Shown: one piece after another, positions 49,455 through 61,416 of the stretch
How positions within the stretch are numbered: position 1 is the stretch's first letter
Layout: the number at the start of each line of letters is the position of its first letter
From: Malacoraja senta
Taxonomy: Eukaryota
Direction: 5' to 3'
NCBI GenBank assembly: GCA_038087875.1
Contig: CM075989.1
Location: 24,554,001-24,618,000, forward strand
Length of the DNA: 64,000 nt
The notes under the pieces: generated by a model
Databases searched by the model: none
Seen by the model: only the letters and a program-made list of their open reading frames with translations
What the model was told of the DNA's origin: nothing
Position numbers and translations under genes: made by a program

Positions 49455-50240
49455 AAAGGTTCAAAGATTAATTTATTGTCACATACACCAATTGTAGTGA
49501 AATTCAAGTTGCCATTGCAGCACATTAATAAGAATACAACATAACATTATAAAGAAATTTAACATAAAAACATAAAAACATCCCCCCACTATGGTCCCAC
49601 TGTGAGGGAAGGCACAAAGCCCAGTCCCCATCCCCTTGTCCACCCATAGTCAGGCCTATTGAAGCCTCCGCAGTCGTCGCTATGGGGCCCAATGTTTCAG
49701 GCCCTTCTCGCCAGGTGATGGTGCTCCAGCGTCGGGAGAACCCTCTCAGCGGCTTGGGATGCCTGGAACGGCCGCTTCCTTACCGGAGACCGCGGCTTCC
49801 GAAGCCAACAAGCCGCGCTGGACGGAGCTCCACCACTGGTGATCTCGGCGAGAGATCCCAGGCTCCCGATGTTAAAATTCAGCGCCGCTGCCCGCAGCTG
49901 ACCGCTCCACAGACCCGCAGCATCGCGATGTTTTCATCGGTGGTCTCAGCATTCCGGAGCTCCAGCGCGGCGACCCGGGCAAGGCATCGCCCGCTCCGCG
50001 ATAGCGCTCCAGGTCTGTGCCGCCACCGAAGCCGTGGTTCTGGCTGGTCCCCTCAGGGAAGGCCGCTCCAGACCCGATGGTAGACCGCGAGGATGGCTCA
50101 AAGACGCTGCTCGGAGGAAAGCCGCCTCTCCGCCCAGGTAGGGACTAGAAAAAGCAGTTTCCCCCCTCCCCACCCCCACATAAGACTAGTCCTCCAAAAA
50201 CAAGACACTATTTAACATACTAAAAATTAAAAAAAGAAGC
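49455..50240 (-). mobile_element. Second CpG-rich non-coding element, distantly related to 33961-34786
   Basis: Minus strand shows T-rich leader, GGGGGAAACT, CpG body, GCCTTCC(C/A)TCACAGTG motif, and TGACAATAAA tail with short repeats. Confidence 0.55.
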
Positions 50241-52127
50241 AAAAGATTCACCGTTCTTGTAAGCAATTATAGAGATAAATCACTAACTAATAAGTATTTA
50301 GCATAATTAATAAAACCTGAAATAAAGAAATATAATCCAAATAATGTTAATACTGGTAAACATGTGATTGGGCAGAAATTAATGGTAAACTGTATATTCA
50401 ATACATATTCGGATGGGAATTAGCGACTGAATGCAGTTGTAGATAGAAGATTAATATTGTAGGAAAGGGCATTTTGCAAGTTCCCACCACTACATGGTCA
50501 TTTCCACAGATAGGAACAGTTTGGAGGGATAAGGACAAGTTGTAGGCAATCAGAGGGTGTGAATCTGGGGAATTCTTTGCCACAAACAGCTGTGGAGGAC
50601 AAGCCAATGGATAGTTCTAAGGCAGAGATAGATAGATTCTTTATTTGGTGTCGGGTTATGGGGCGAAGGCAGAAGAATGGAGTTGAAAAGAAGAGATAGA
50701 TCAGCCATGGTTGAATGGCGGAGTAGACTTGATGGCCGATAATTCTGCTCCTAGATCTTACGGTTATGAAGTGGGATAGCTCAGTTAGGCATGAATAAGT
50801 TGGACCGAAGGGCCTGTTTCTGTGCTGGATAGTCATGACTCCATCGATTGAGAGTGTGTGCTTCTGCACGGAACTTAGAAACATAGAAAATAAGTGCAGG
50901 AGTAGGCTATTCGGCCATTTAGATCCAGCACCGCCATTTAATATGATCATGGCTGATCATCCAAAATCAGCGCACCCTTTCCTGCTTTCTCTCCATATCT
51001 TCTTCTTCTTCTTTTGTGTCCACCTTCCATGTTTCAAATGTTGACATCGCTGTCATCGTCCGTCCTGAAACTTCCGGCGACAATCAGTGGGAGCCATCAC
51101 TTGTTGCACTAGATGATGGTGGTAGCAGAATTAGCTCAGGATACTTGCACTTTACAGCCCCTCCACGTGGACACTTCTGCTATGGGGCCTCCATATCCCT
51201 TGATTCCGTATGACATTTTATTATGCTTTTAATCGGTACGTTAATGGGATAAAGGCAACCATGGATTATAACAAATGTTACAGGAATGAAAGGGTTGATT
51301 CATTGATGCTGCGCTCAAATTAGAAATATTCCATCTTCATGCAGTTCAGGATGGAAAATTGTACTGGCTGTTTGAGAACCACAGGTCATATATGGTGGCC
51401 AATTCCTACACATGCAAGTACATTGGTAGCTGATTCCACGCGTACCATCAGATAAAACCTCTCCACTCCTCAATATATATTTGATCTCCGTTCAGCTATT
51501 CTTTTAATCATTGGAACTATTTTTGCCACAGTGCATGAAATAATTAAAGCAGAATTAGGAAAGAATGCTGGTAATATGCGGGCTTTTCTCAACTGTTTAA
51601 TGAGGCTAAGCAAAATAAGGATTGCTTCATACAAGGTCTACTGTGGGATTATCATGTTGGTGGTTTGTAGTTTAACAGTGGGTTTGAACGCTGACATTAA
51701 TGGGGCATGGCCTTTCCTGTGTTGGTAGATATAGTCACCTTGTGGGAAGAATCACAGCCAATCAATCACCAACCTCCTCTACTTGTATTCAATGGGAGAT
51801 GTCAGTTCCTATCAGTCGCCTGTGCTGCACGGCACCTGCTGTAGGTCACTGCTACTCATCTTCACTCACTCTCCCTAGCTGTTGTTTGCGTGAGGTTAGC
51901 TTCCAAAACTATGATGAAATGTCAATCGTTTAGTGTAGTTTATTGTCACGTGTACTGAGGTACAGTGAAAAGCTTTTGTTGCGTGCTAACCAGTCGGTGA
52001 AAAGACTACATGATTACAATGGCTTGTGTTGCATGGGAGACTTCAGCTGCCTGTCTACACAATAATCTTCAAGATTCTTTAAAGACGCAAGGAACTGCAG
52101 ATGCTGCAAACGTGAGCAAAGCACCAA

Positions 52128-52450
52128 GTGCTGGAGGAACTCAATGGGTCAGGCAGCATCTGTGGAGAAAAAGGATAGATTATGTTTCACACAGTGCTGG
52201 AGTAACTCAGCGGGTCAGGCAGCATCTGTGGAGAACATGGATAAGTGACGTTTCACACAGTGCTGGAGTAACTCAGCGGGTCAGGCAGCATCTGTGGAGA
52301 ACATGGATAAGTGACATTTCACACAGTGCTGGAGTAACTCAGCGGGTCAGGCAGCATCTGTGGAGAACATGGATAAGTGACGTTTCACACAGTGCTGGAG
52401 TAACTCAGCGGGTCAGGCAGCATCTCTAGAGAGAAGGAAAGGGTGATGGT
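52128..52450 (-). repeat. 66-bp pLTR-derived array (about 5 units)
   Basis: Same unit with array-specific variants (ACACAGT, ATAAGT) shared among its copies. Confidence 0.9.
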
Positions 52451-53773
52451 TTTTTTGTTGAGACTGCAGACAAATTGCTTTATGGGTGGCACGGTGGCAG
52501 CGGTAGAGTTGCTGCCTCACAGTACCAGGGACCCGGGTTCGAGCCTGACTATGGGTGCTGTCTGTACGGAGTTTGTAAGTTCTCCCCGTGACCTGCGCGG
52601 GTTTCCTCCGGGTGCTCCGGTTTGCCCCCACACTCCAAAGGCGTGGAGGTTTAAGGGTTAATTGGCTTGTGCTTTGTCCCCAGTGTGTAGGATAGACAGT
52701 GAAATATTCATGAAATATACTTTGCTTGGGGCACTGCCAGTGTGGATTCATTGCACCAATATATACGTTTACGGCTGCCGACTAATTTAATTGGATCACG
52801 TATATTTGATTAAAATGAATCTCTTGAGAAACAAATTTGAAAGGGATTGTCCTGGATTGATATAGTTGTTGCCCAAGGGATAGGTCTGTTTTGTGCAGGT
52901 TTACATTTGTTTCCTATGCACATTACATGGAAATTATGGCTCACAACTGATTTTTAGCTCAATTATTGTGCTTTATTCTTTTGCGCACGTGGTAATCTGA
53001 ATGTGTGTGCTCGCCCACGAACCATTTCCTTCCCTCTATCCTCTTCCTCATTTCTAAGCGGTCTGTAAATGTTAGTTGAGAGATACAGTGTGGAAACAGA
53101 CCCTTCAGCCCAGCGAATCCACGCCAACCAGCGATGCCCCATGTTATCACACACACTTGGGGCAATTTACAGAATCCAATTAACCTACAAACCTGCACAT
53201 CTTTGGAATGTGGGAGGAAACCAGAGCACCCGGTGAAAACCCACACGGTCACAGGGAGAAGGTACAAATGTCATACAGACAGCACCCGTAGTCAGGATCG
53301 AACCCGGGTCTCCGGAGCTGTGAGGCAACAACTCTACCACTGCTCCACCTAAAACAGTTTTGTCGTAAGTCAATTTGACGGCCATGAGGATATACTGCTG
53401 CTGGTGCTACAGACTACAACCAACCCCAGCATCTTCAGGCAGGCAGAATCTGCAGTTCCATGAGACTCCAACTCCTGAACGATCTGCCGATTGACCATGG
53501 ATCTGGGCAGAAGATGGTGCAGCCCACTTAGCGGGAGGCTTGGATGTGAGTGCCAGTGCGTGCCACCATCGCCCCTCATGCCAGCCTCGCCTGGCCCTGG
53601 GGACATCCCCCTCACCCCCCCTCCCCTGCCGCCTACCCTGCCGACTGTCTGCACCACACAAGGCCGATCCCATGAAAGTGCTGATCGGCACAAAATGCTG
53701 GAGTATCTCAGTGGGACAAGCGGAATCTCTGGAGAGCAAGAATGGGTGATGAAACCTCTTAAACTTCTTCAGT

Positions 53774-53801
53774 CTGAAGAAGGGTCTCGACCCGAAACGT
53801 C
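53774..53801 (+). ncRNA. Minimal hammerhead ribozyme core in a PLE pLTR
   Basis: CTGAAGA-A-GGGT(CTCG)ACCC-GAAAC-GTC: all conserved core nucleotides, 4-bp helix II, palindromic ACGT helix III, GUC cleavage triplet. Helix I is only about 2 bp. Confidence 0.75.
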
Positions 53802-54427
53802 ACCCATTCCTTCTCTCCAGAGATGCTGCCTGTCCCACTGAGTTACTCCAGCATTTTGTGTCTATCTTTGATTTAAACCAGCATCTGCAGTTCCTTCCTA
53901 CACAGCCACAAAAGTGCTGCCAGTGTTATCACATATTAACATGCAGGCGGGCTGTCCTTGGCGCAAGGAGAACAAGTCTCTCATTCAGGCTTTGTAGCCG
54001 CGCTGGAACCCAGGCACAAGCTGGAGTCACAGGAAACTGTTGGCAGGAGGCCAAGTAGCCAATCAATGCAAGCCAGCGTCAAAGGAACTCAAAATCTAAT
54101 CCCTTTATTTCTGTCTGGGTTAGACTGTCTGTCCTCTGCAGGCGGTGGACATGTCTTGCAAACAGTGGAGTCTGTGCCGTGCTGTAGCTTTAAGGCACAA
54201 GAGCTGGATCATCGGATGAATAATTTAGTTGATTTATTGTCACGTGTACCGAAGTACCGTTAAAAGCTTCTGTTGCGTGCAAACCAGTCAGCGGAAAGAC
54301 AATACATGATTAGAAATATGATAAAAGGAATAACGGTTAATGCAAGGTAAAGTCCGATTTAAGGTACACAAAAATGCTGGAGAAACTCAGCGGGTGCAGC
54401 AGCATCTATGGAGCGGAGGAAATAGAC

Positions 54428-54455
54428 AACGTTTCGGGCCGAAACCCTTCTTCAG
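54428..54455 (-). ncRNA. Minimal hammerhead core in the pLTR of the coding PLE
   Basis: Reverse complement reads CTGAAGAAGGGTTTCGGCCCGAAACGTT; physically linked to the GIY-YIG ORF. Confidence 0.75.
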
Positions 54456-54572
54456 ACTGATAGGGGGTGGGGAGAAGAAAGGAAAAAAGGAAAAAGGCGG
54501 AGGAGGAGCCTGAGGGCTGGGGGAGGGGAGGAGACAACCAGAGGGCTGATGAAGGGGAGGGGACAGCAAGGG

Positions 54573-55637
54573 CTAGCAGAATTGGGAGAATTCAATGTTC
54601 AAGCCCCCAGGATGTAGACTGCCCAAGCGGAATATGAGGTGCATTTCCTCCAATTTACGGTGTTGCTCGCTGTGGCCATGGAGGAGACCCAGGACAGAGA
54701 GGTCAGATACGGAATGGGAGGGGGAGTTGAAGTGCTGAGCCACCGGGAGGTCAAGTTGGTTATTGCGGACCGACCGGAGGTGTTCGGCGAAACGATCGCC
54801 AAGCCTCCGCTTGGTCTCACCGATGTAGATCAGCTGGCATCTAGAGCAGCGGATGCAATAGATGAGGTTGGAGGAGATGCAGGTGAACCTCTGTCGCACC
54901 TGGAACGACTGCTTGGGTCCTTGAATGGAGTCGAGGGGGGAGGTGAAGGGACAAGTGTTGCATCTCTTGCGGTTGCAAGGGAAAGTACCAGGGGAGGGGG
55001 TGGTATGGGAGGGAAGGGAAGAATTGACAAGGGAGTTACGGAGGGAGCGGTCTTTGCGGAAGGCAGACATGGGGGGAGATGGGAAGATGTGGCGAGTGGT
55101 GGGGTCACGTTGGAGGTGGCGAAACTGACGGAGGATCACTTGTTGTATGTGACGGCTGGTGGGGTGAAAGGTGAGGACTAGGGGGACTCTGCCCTTGTTG
55201 TGAGTGGGGGGATGGGGAGAGAGAGCAGTGTTGCGGGGTATGGCAGAGACCCTGGTGCGAGCCTCATCTATGGTGGAGGAGGGGAACCCCCGTTCCCTGA
55301 AAAATGAGGACATTTCCGATGCCCTGGTGTGGAACGCCTCATCCTGGGAGCAGATGCGGCATAGACGGAGGAATTGGGAGTGGGGGATGGAGTCCTTACA
55401 GGAAGCAGGGTGGGAAGAAGTGTAGTCCAGATAGCCATGGGAGTCGGTGGGTTTGTAGTGGATGTCGGTATGAAGTCTATCACCTTCGATGGAGATAGTG
55501 AGGTCAAGGAATGGTAGGGAAGTGTCGGAAATGGTCCAGGTGTATTGGAGTGCCGGATGGAAGTTGGTGGTGAAGCGGATGAAGTCAGTCAGTTGTGTGT
55601 GGGTGCAGGATGTGACACCAAAACAATCATCGATGTA
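54573..55637 (-). CDS. PLE ORF remnant: RT palm/thumb (YIDD) plus GIY-YIG endonuclease, 354 uninterrupted codons, no N-terminus
   Basis: Manual translation extends the annotated ORF upstream without stops to YIDDCFG...LPFLDL...YKPTDSHGYLDYTSSHP. Endonuclease NLIYCIRCSRCQLIYIGETKRRLGDRFAEH ... GLN. Confidence 0.9.
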   Translation of the reverse strand, partial: YIDDCFGVTSCTHTQLTDFIRFTTNFHPALQYTWTISDTSLPFLDLTISIEGDRLHTDIHYKPTDSHGYLDYTSSHPASCKDSIPHSQFLRLCRICSQDEAFHTRASEMSSFFRERGFPSSTIDEARTRVSAIPRNTALSPHPPTHNKGRVPLVLTFHPTSRHIQQVILRQFRHLQRDPTTRHIFPSPPMSAFRKDRSLRNSLVNSSLPSHTTPSPGTFPCNRKRCNTCPFTSPLDSIQGPKQSFQVRQRFTCISSNLIYCIRCSRCQLIYIGETKRRLGDRFAEHLRSVRNNQLDLPVAQHFNSPSHSVSDLSVLGLLHGHSEQHRKLEEMHLIFRLGSLHPGGLNIEFSQFC

Positions 55638-56319
55638 GGTGGCGAAACTGACGGAGGATCACTTGTTTTCCTCAGTCAAAGTCCGATTTAAGATAGTCCA
55701 AGGGTCTCCAATGAGGTAGATGGGAGGTCAGGACCGCTCTCTTGTTGATGATAGGATGGTCCAGTTGCCTGATAACAGCTGGGAAGAAACTGTCCCTGAA
55801 CGTTGAGGTGTGTGTTTTCACATTTCTGTGCGTCTTGCCTGATGGGAGAGGGGAGAAGAGGGAGTGTTTTATAAAAAGCAGCTTGCGGATTAGTCCCTTG
55901 TGTGTTCCTGTCTGTGTGAGTCTTCGTTGCACAATGAAACACACCCGAGAGATATTGTGAGTGGATACGTTTAGCAACTGACCCGATTCCAAGGTGCCTG
56001 AAAAATAACTGCTAGACATCTTCTTCCTGACCAACCAGCTAATATTGAGCACTCTGGCATTTCATAATTAGTGTACGGCATCGTAGCTTCATATTATTGT
56101 CCCCAAATAGGCCACCGTCCTGTCAAAGGGGACACAATGTTACGCTGGCAATTGATTATCCTTTTAAACCTGCTGGAGTTTGCATATTTATTTCAAAGTG
56201 TTCCCCTGTTATGGTTGAAGGTAGCACAGCCTTGTTTCAGTGGTCAATGATGTTTTAACCGCCGCATGTGTGACTACACAGTGAAATTATACACATGCAG
56301 GCAAACATTACAGAAGTGT

Positions 56320-56608
56320 AGAAACGCACACCTCCAGATTCAGGGACAGTTTCTTCCTGGCTGTTATCAGGCAACTGAACCATCCTATCACCAACTGGAC
56401 AGTGGTCCTAGGCTGCTATCTACCTCATGAGAGACCTTCAGAATATCTTTAATCGGACTTTACCTTGCACTAAACGTTATTCCCTTTATCCTGTATCTGT
56501 ACATTGTGAATGACTCCATCGTAATCATGTATAGCCTTTCCACTGACTGGTTAGCACCCAACAAAAGATTTTCACTGTACCTCGGTACACGTGACAATAA
56601 GCTAAACT
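56320..56608 (+). mobile_element. Rex1/Babar-like LINE 3' end
   Basis: THTSRFRDSFFLAVIRQLN followed by the 3' UTR ending GTGACAATAA.CTAAAC. Confidence 0.75.
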
Positions 56609-58384
56609 CACCTAAATGTGGGATCTCATGGAAAATGAAAGCATTTTCTTGCAAATTACCGGTGTTACATTTCCTGCACATAAAACAAATACTGGACTCT
56701 AACGAAAGGTTGATCAGAAAACGTTTCAAACTAATGCCAGTTTTATTGCTGCTGATGAACTCCAGAAGTAATTAGTTTTCTAACTTTAACTGTAACTGGT
56801 CATTAAATTGCAGGATGAAAATGCCGCAGTAATGAAATACCTAAAGCCAGCCAATCCTCCTCCAATTAAAAATCCCTTTCAAAATAATTCCGCGCCTTTT
56901 TAAAAATAAAACAATGAAAACAAATGTCATTTCTCAACATTAGGAAAGTTATAATTCTTGACATAAGTAATTTCCCAAATGTGAGTTTGAATGGGATTTA
57001 ATTTTATGGAAAGTTGACGTTATGTCTGACCTACGGACCCTAATAAATCCACTTGCTAGGCTGGGGAACCACAAACTCTAGATCCAGGTTGCAGGCAGTT
57101 TGTTTAACGTATTAGTGAGGCGCTAATGGATAAAGCCGTACAGAATACTGCACAAGGGGCATTGAAAATAGCTGTAGGTTAAAGGGTTAAACAGGGCATG
57201 AAATATGCAGGGCCCCTCCACACTACCAGCGTCTTATAATGCAGGAAAAATGTTCCCTATGTTGGGGGAGTCCAGAACCAGGGGTCACGGTTTAAGAATA
57301 AAGGGTCAGCCATTTAGGACTGAGATGAGGAAAAACCTTTTCACCCAGAGAGTTGTGAATTCTCAGCCACAGAAGGCAGTGGAGGCCAATTCACTGGATA
57401 TTTTCAAGAGAGAGTTAGATTTAACTCTTAGGGCTAACTGAATCAATGGATATGGGGAGAAAGCAGGAACTGGGTACTGATTTTAGATGATCAGCCATGA
57501 TCATATCGAATGCCGGTGGTGGCTCGAAGGGCCGAATGGCCTACAGCACCTATTTTCCATGTTTCTATGACATCCATTTTAAATGTAGTGTCACAAAGAA
57601 AGACTTTCAAATTAGACTTTAGACTTCAGAGATACAGTGTGGCAACAGGCCGTTTGGCCCACTGAGTCCGTGATCACCCCGTACATTAGCTGAATTTGTT
57701 GAGCTTGTTTCTCCCAGTGCCTCAGCCTTTACAATCCGTGTACCCATCAATAGACACAAACAGTTGGAGAAACTCAGCGGGTCAGACACATCTCTGGAAA
57801 AAAGGACTGGGTGACGTTTCAAGTCGAGACCCTTCTTCACTCAAGTTTAAACCAGCATCTGCAGTTCCTTCTTACACATCTCATCTGCTACACTGCGAAA
57901 TTTCCTCAAGGGATGCCTACTTTGAAGAAGTTCTCACCTATTCCTTCTCTCCAGAGATGTTACCTGTCCCGCGGAGTTACTCCAGCTTTTTGTGTCTATC
58001 TCCAGTTTAAACCAGCACCTGCAGTTCCTTCCTACAACATGTACCTGTCCAAATATTTTTCAAACATTGCAGTACCTGCCTGAACAACATCCTCTGGCAG
58101 CTCGTTCCATGCACCTGACACCCTTTGTGTGAATCAAAGTTATTCCTCAGGTTCCTAGTAAATCTGAATTTTCTCATTCTTGATTCCCCTACTCTGAGTA
58201 AAAGACTCTGTGCATTTACCCAAGGTATTCCTGTCATGATTTTGTACACCTCTATTAGATCACCCCTCATCCTTCTGCACTCCAAGCAATATAGTAGTAG
58301 CCTGCCCCAACGTCTCACTACCAACCAACCAACCGCTCAGGCCCTTGAGCCCTGGCAACATCCTAACGCGTCTTCTTATGTTTA

Positions 58385-58692
58385 GTTCAGAATTTACTTT
58401 AGAGATACAGTACATTGTGGAAACTGGCCCTTTGGCCCACCGAGTCCGCGCCGACCAGCGATCCCCACACACTAACACTATATTACACACGAGGGACAAT
58501 TTACATTTATACCAAGCCAATTAACCTACAAACCTGTACGTCTTTGGAGTGTTGGAGGAAACCGGCACACCCGGAGAAAACCCGCGCAGGTCACAGGGAG
58601 AACGTACAAACTCCGTACAGACAGCACCCGTTGTCAAGATTGAACCCGTGTCTCTGGCGCTGTGAGGCAGCAACTCTACCACTGTGTCACCA
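58385..58692 (-). mobile_element. HE1-like V-SINE
   Basis: Reverse-complement consensus match. Confidence 0.85.
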
Positions 58693-59181
58693 TGACCGCC
58701 TTCTCTTCCAGCAATGCACGGGACCAGAAACTCAGTGGCCGCCCTCTCTTCCTGCTCCTGGAGCTACTGACTGGAAGCCAAGGCTGCCATTCGGCACACA
58801 TCCATGGTGGAAAGATGCGCAGCGTTGAGGTGGGCCCGCCTCTCGCCCGCACCTCGTGCCATCTGCCCCGTCGCCCCCAGATCCTGGGCAACCCCTCACT
58901 ACAAAGCTGTTTAGAATTTAAAGACTGCAGGAGTCCAGCAGTGGCTGGGAATCGAGGCTTTTGGTTCAGTTGCAAGCTTCACTTCAGCTTCTCCTGTGTT
59001 TATGAGGCACAACTCAGCTCCCTGAAGTGTTTGTCAGACTACATGCTCTACTTCTTTGGCAGGCTGTGTGCTCCACTCACTCGCTCCCTGCACCTCTCTT
59101 CATTGGAACTGATCACCGTGGCCAAGTGCATCACTTCCCGCTCATTAGACCCACCATCCACACTCTCATCACTCGCTACCC

Positions 59182-59432
59182 CACATACATATGTATTCAC
59201 ACAGCACACACATGCACAAATGACTCACATGTGCCAACAGACTCACATGCACATGAACGAATACGTGAGCAGAGAGATGTGTGTGTCTCGTCGTCATACA
59301 GATAGAGAACTGCAAACACATGCGTGTGTACAGATGTACACACCCACACGCACACATGCACACACACACACATACATGCATGTAGGCACACGCAAGTCCA
59401 CGCACACATGCAAACACATGTATACACATACA
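59182..59432. repeat. Degenerate (CA)n-rich tract
   Basis: Directly visible. Confidence 0.8.
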
Positions 59433-59695
59433 GTGCCAGAGCCTCGGGTTCGATCCTGACTACGGGTGCTGTCTGTACGGAGTTTGTACGTTCTCCATGG
59501 GTGACCTGCATGGGTTTTCTCCGAGATCTTCGGTTTCCTCCCACACTCCAAAAACGTGCAGGTTTGGTAAATGTAAATTGTCCCTAGTGTGTGTAGGATA
59601 GTGTTAGTGTGCAGGGATCGCTGATCAACACGGACTCGGTGGGCCGTAGGGCCTGTTTCCGCGCTGCATCACTAAACTAAACTAAACTAAACTAA
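59433..59695 (+). mobile_element. HE1-like V-SINE, head truncated by a CA-rich tract
   Basis: B box, V-domain, tail and (ACTAA)n. Confidence 0.85.
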
Positions 59696-60171
59696 TATTA
59701 GGTAATGCACAGAGTCTCTTGCTCAGCGTAGGGGAATCGAGAACCAGAGGACATAGGTTTAAGGTGGGAAAGAAAGCTGATGTGTGATATAGTTCTGGGG
59801 ATTACAGTGGAGCATATCAGTTGAGGATGATTTGGGGAGCAATGATCATGGTATTTTCAAGTTTGGAATAGTAACTGGAAGAAAACTAACTTAAGTGAGT
59901 TAAAACGTGATCTGATGATTGATTAACAAATGTCAACATTTGTTGACAAAACATTAATTGAACAATAAATGGTCAAAAATATAATGTCTGCATGGCCTAT
60001 GTAATATATACATCTGTAAGAATCATAGCAAATGATAGCAATCTGCAAATGTTTTTGATTATCAAAACGTTGTTATTTTAAATCATCATCTATCAGTAAA
60101 AGGGCCCATTGCTGTTTGTCATCTATATCAACGATTTGGATGAGAATGTACAAGGCATGATTAGTAAGTTG

Positions 60172-60775
60172 TGTCGGAAGGAACTGCAGATGTAGGTTTA
60201 CACCGAAGATAGGCACAAAAAGCTGGAGTAACTCAGCGGGACAGGCAGCATCTCTGGAGAAAAGGAATGGGTGACGTTTGGGTCGAGACTCTTCTTCAGA
60301 CTGAGAGTCAGGGGAGAGAGAACCAAGAGATATGTACAGTGAGGTAGAGAGATATAGAACAAATGAATGAAAGGTATGCAAAAAAGTAACGATGATAAAG
60401 GAAACAGGCCATTGTTGGCTGTGGGCGAGGTTAGAAAGAGTCACAGACAATGAGACTCAACAAGACGACTTTGAAGCTGGTACGACCAGGGTGGGGGAGG
60501 GATGGAGAGAGGGGGATGCAGGGGTTACTTGAAGTTATGGAAGTCAATGTTCATACCACTGGGTGTAAGCAAGCAAAATATAAGGTGCGGTTCTTCCAAT
60601 TTGCATTGGACCTCACTCTGACAATGGAGGAGGCCTAGGACAGGAAGGTCAGTCAGTGTGGGAATGGGAAGGGGAATTAAAGTGGTTGGCAACTGGGAGA
60701 TCAGGTAGGTTCAGACGGACTGAGCGAAGGTGTTCAGCGAAGCGATCGTCCAGTCCACGTTTGGTCTCGCCGATG
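60172..60775 (-). mobile_element. Penelope-like element, second subfamily, 3' remnant
   Basis: IGETKRGLDDRFAEHLRSV...PVANHFNSPSH GIY-YIG remnant, longer 3' UTR, then pLTR. Confidence 0.8.
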
Positions 60776-61194
60776 CTTAAGTGGATGGACAGGTAATGGT
60801 GTGATTGATTGATTGATTGATGAAAAATACAATATGGAAACAAGCCCTTCGGCCCACTGAGACAAGGATAATCCGATTGATCACCTGTTCACAGTAGTTC
60901 TATGTTATCCCACTTTCTCATCCACTCCCTACACACTAGGGGCAATTCACAGAGGCCGACTATCCTATCAATCCTAAGTTTGAGGTCTCTGACTGTATGT
61001 ATGCCATCACCCTGGTCATCGTACTAGTTTCACTGTTGTCCTGTTTCACTGTCTGTATAACACATTGTTACCTACCCCACTGCCAACAATGCACCGTTGT
61101 TGGCTCCACCTTTCCTTGATCATCGTTGCTTTTTGCATATCTTTCATTTGTTCTATGTACCTTCTTTATCTGTCATTTCCCTCTCCCCTGAATC

Positions 61195-61416
61195 TCAGTC
61201 TGGAGAAAGATCTCGGCACGAAATGTCGCCTATTCCTTTTCTCCACAGATGCTGCCTGATCTGCCGTGATACTCCAGCACTTTGTGAAACGTCACCTATC
61301 CATGTTCTCCACAGATGCTGCCTGACCCGCTGAGTTACTCCAGCACTCTGTGAAACGTCACCTATCCATGTTCTCCAGAGATGCTGCCTGACCTGCTGAG
61401 TTACTCCAGCACTTTG
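61195..61416 (+). repeat. PLE pLTR followed by 66-bp array (about 3 units)
   Basis: PLE UTR from about 61020, decayed hammerhead core near 61200-61226, then units starting TGTGAAACGTCACC. Confidence 0.85.

Larger units (their letters stand above)
54364..55667 (-). mobile_element. Penelope-like retroelement, 5'-truncated, with 15-bp TSD
   Basis: Coding region followed by a pyrimidine-rich UTR and pLTR. TSD AAAGTCCGATTTAAG at 54349-54363 and 55678-55692. Splits a Rex1/Babar 3' fragment. Confidence 0.92.

Noticed and set aside
54639..55498. Plus-strand ORFs over the PLE (also 30762-31043)
   Set aside because: Antisense shadows of the RT/GIY-YIG frame.
58662..59459. 265-aa ORF
   Set aside because: Non-ATG start inside a SINE, runs into a CA tract, no domain recognisable.
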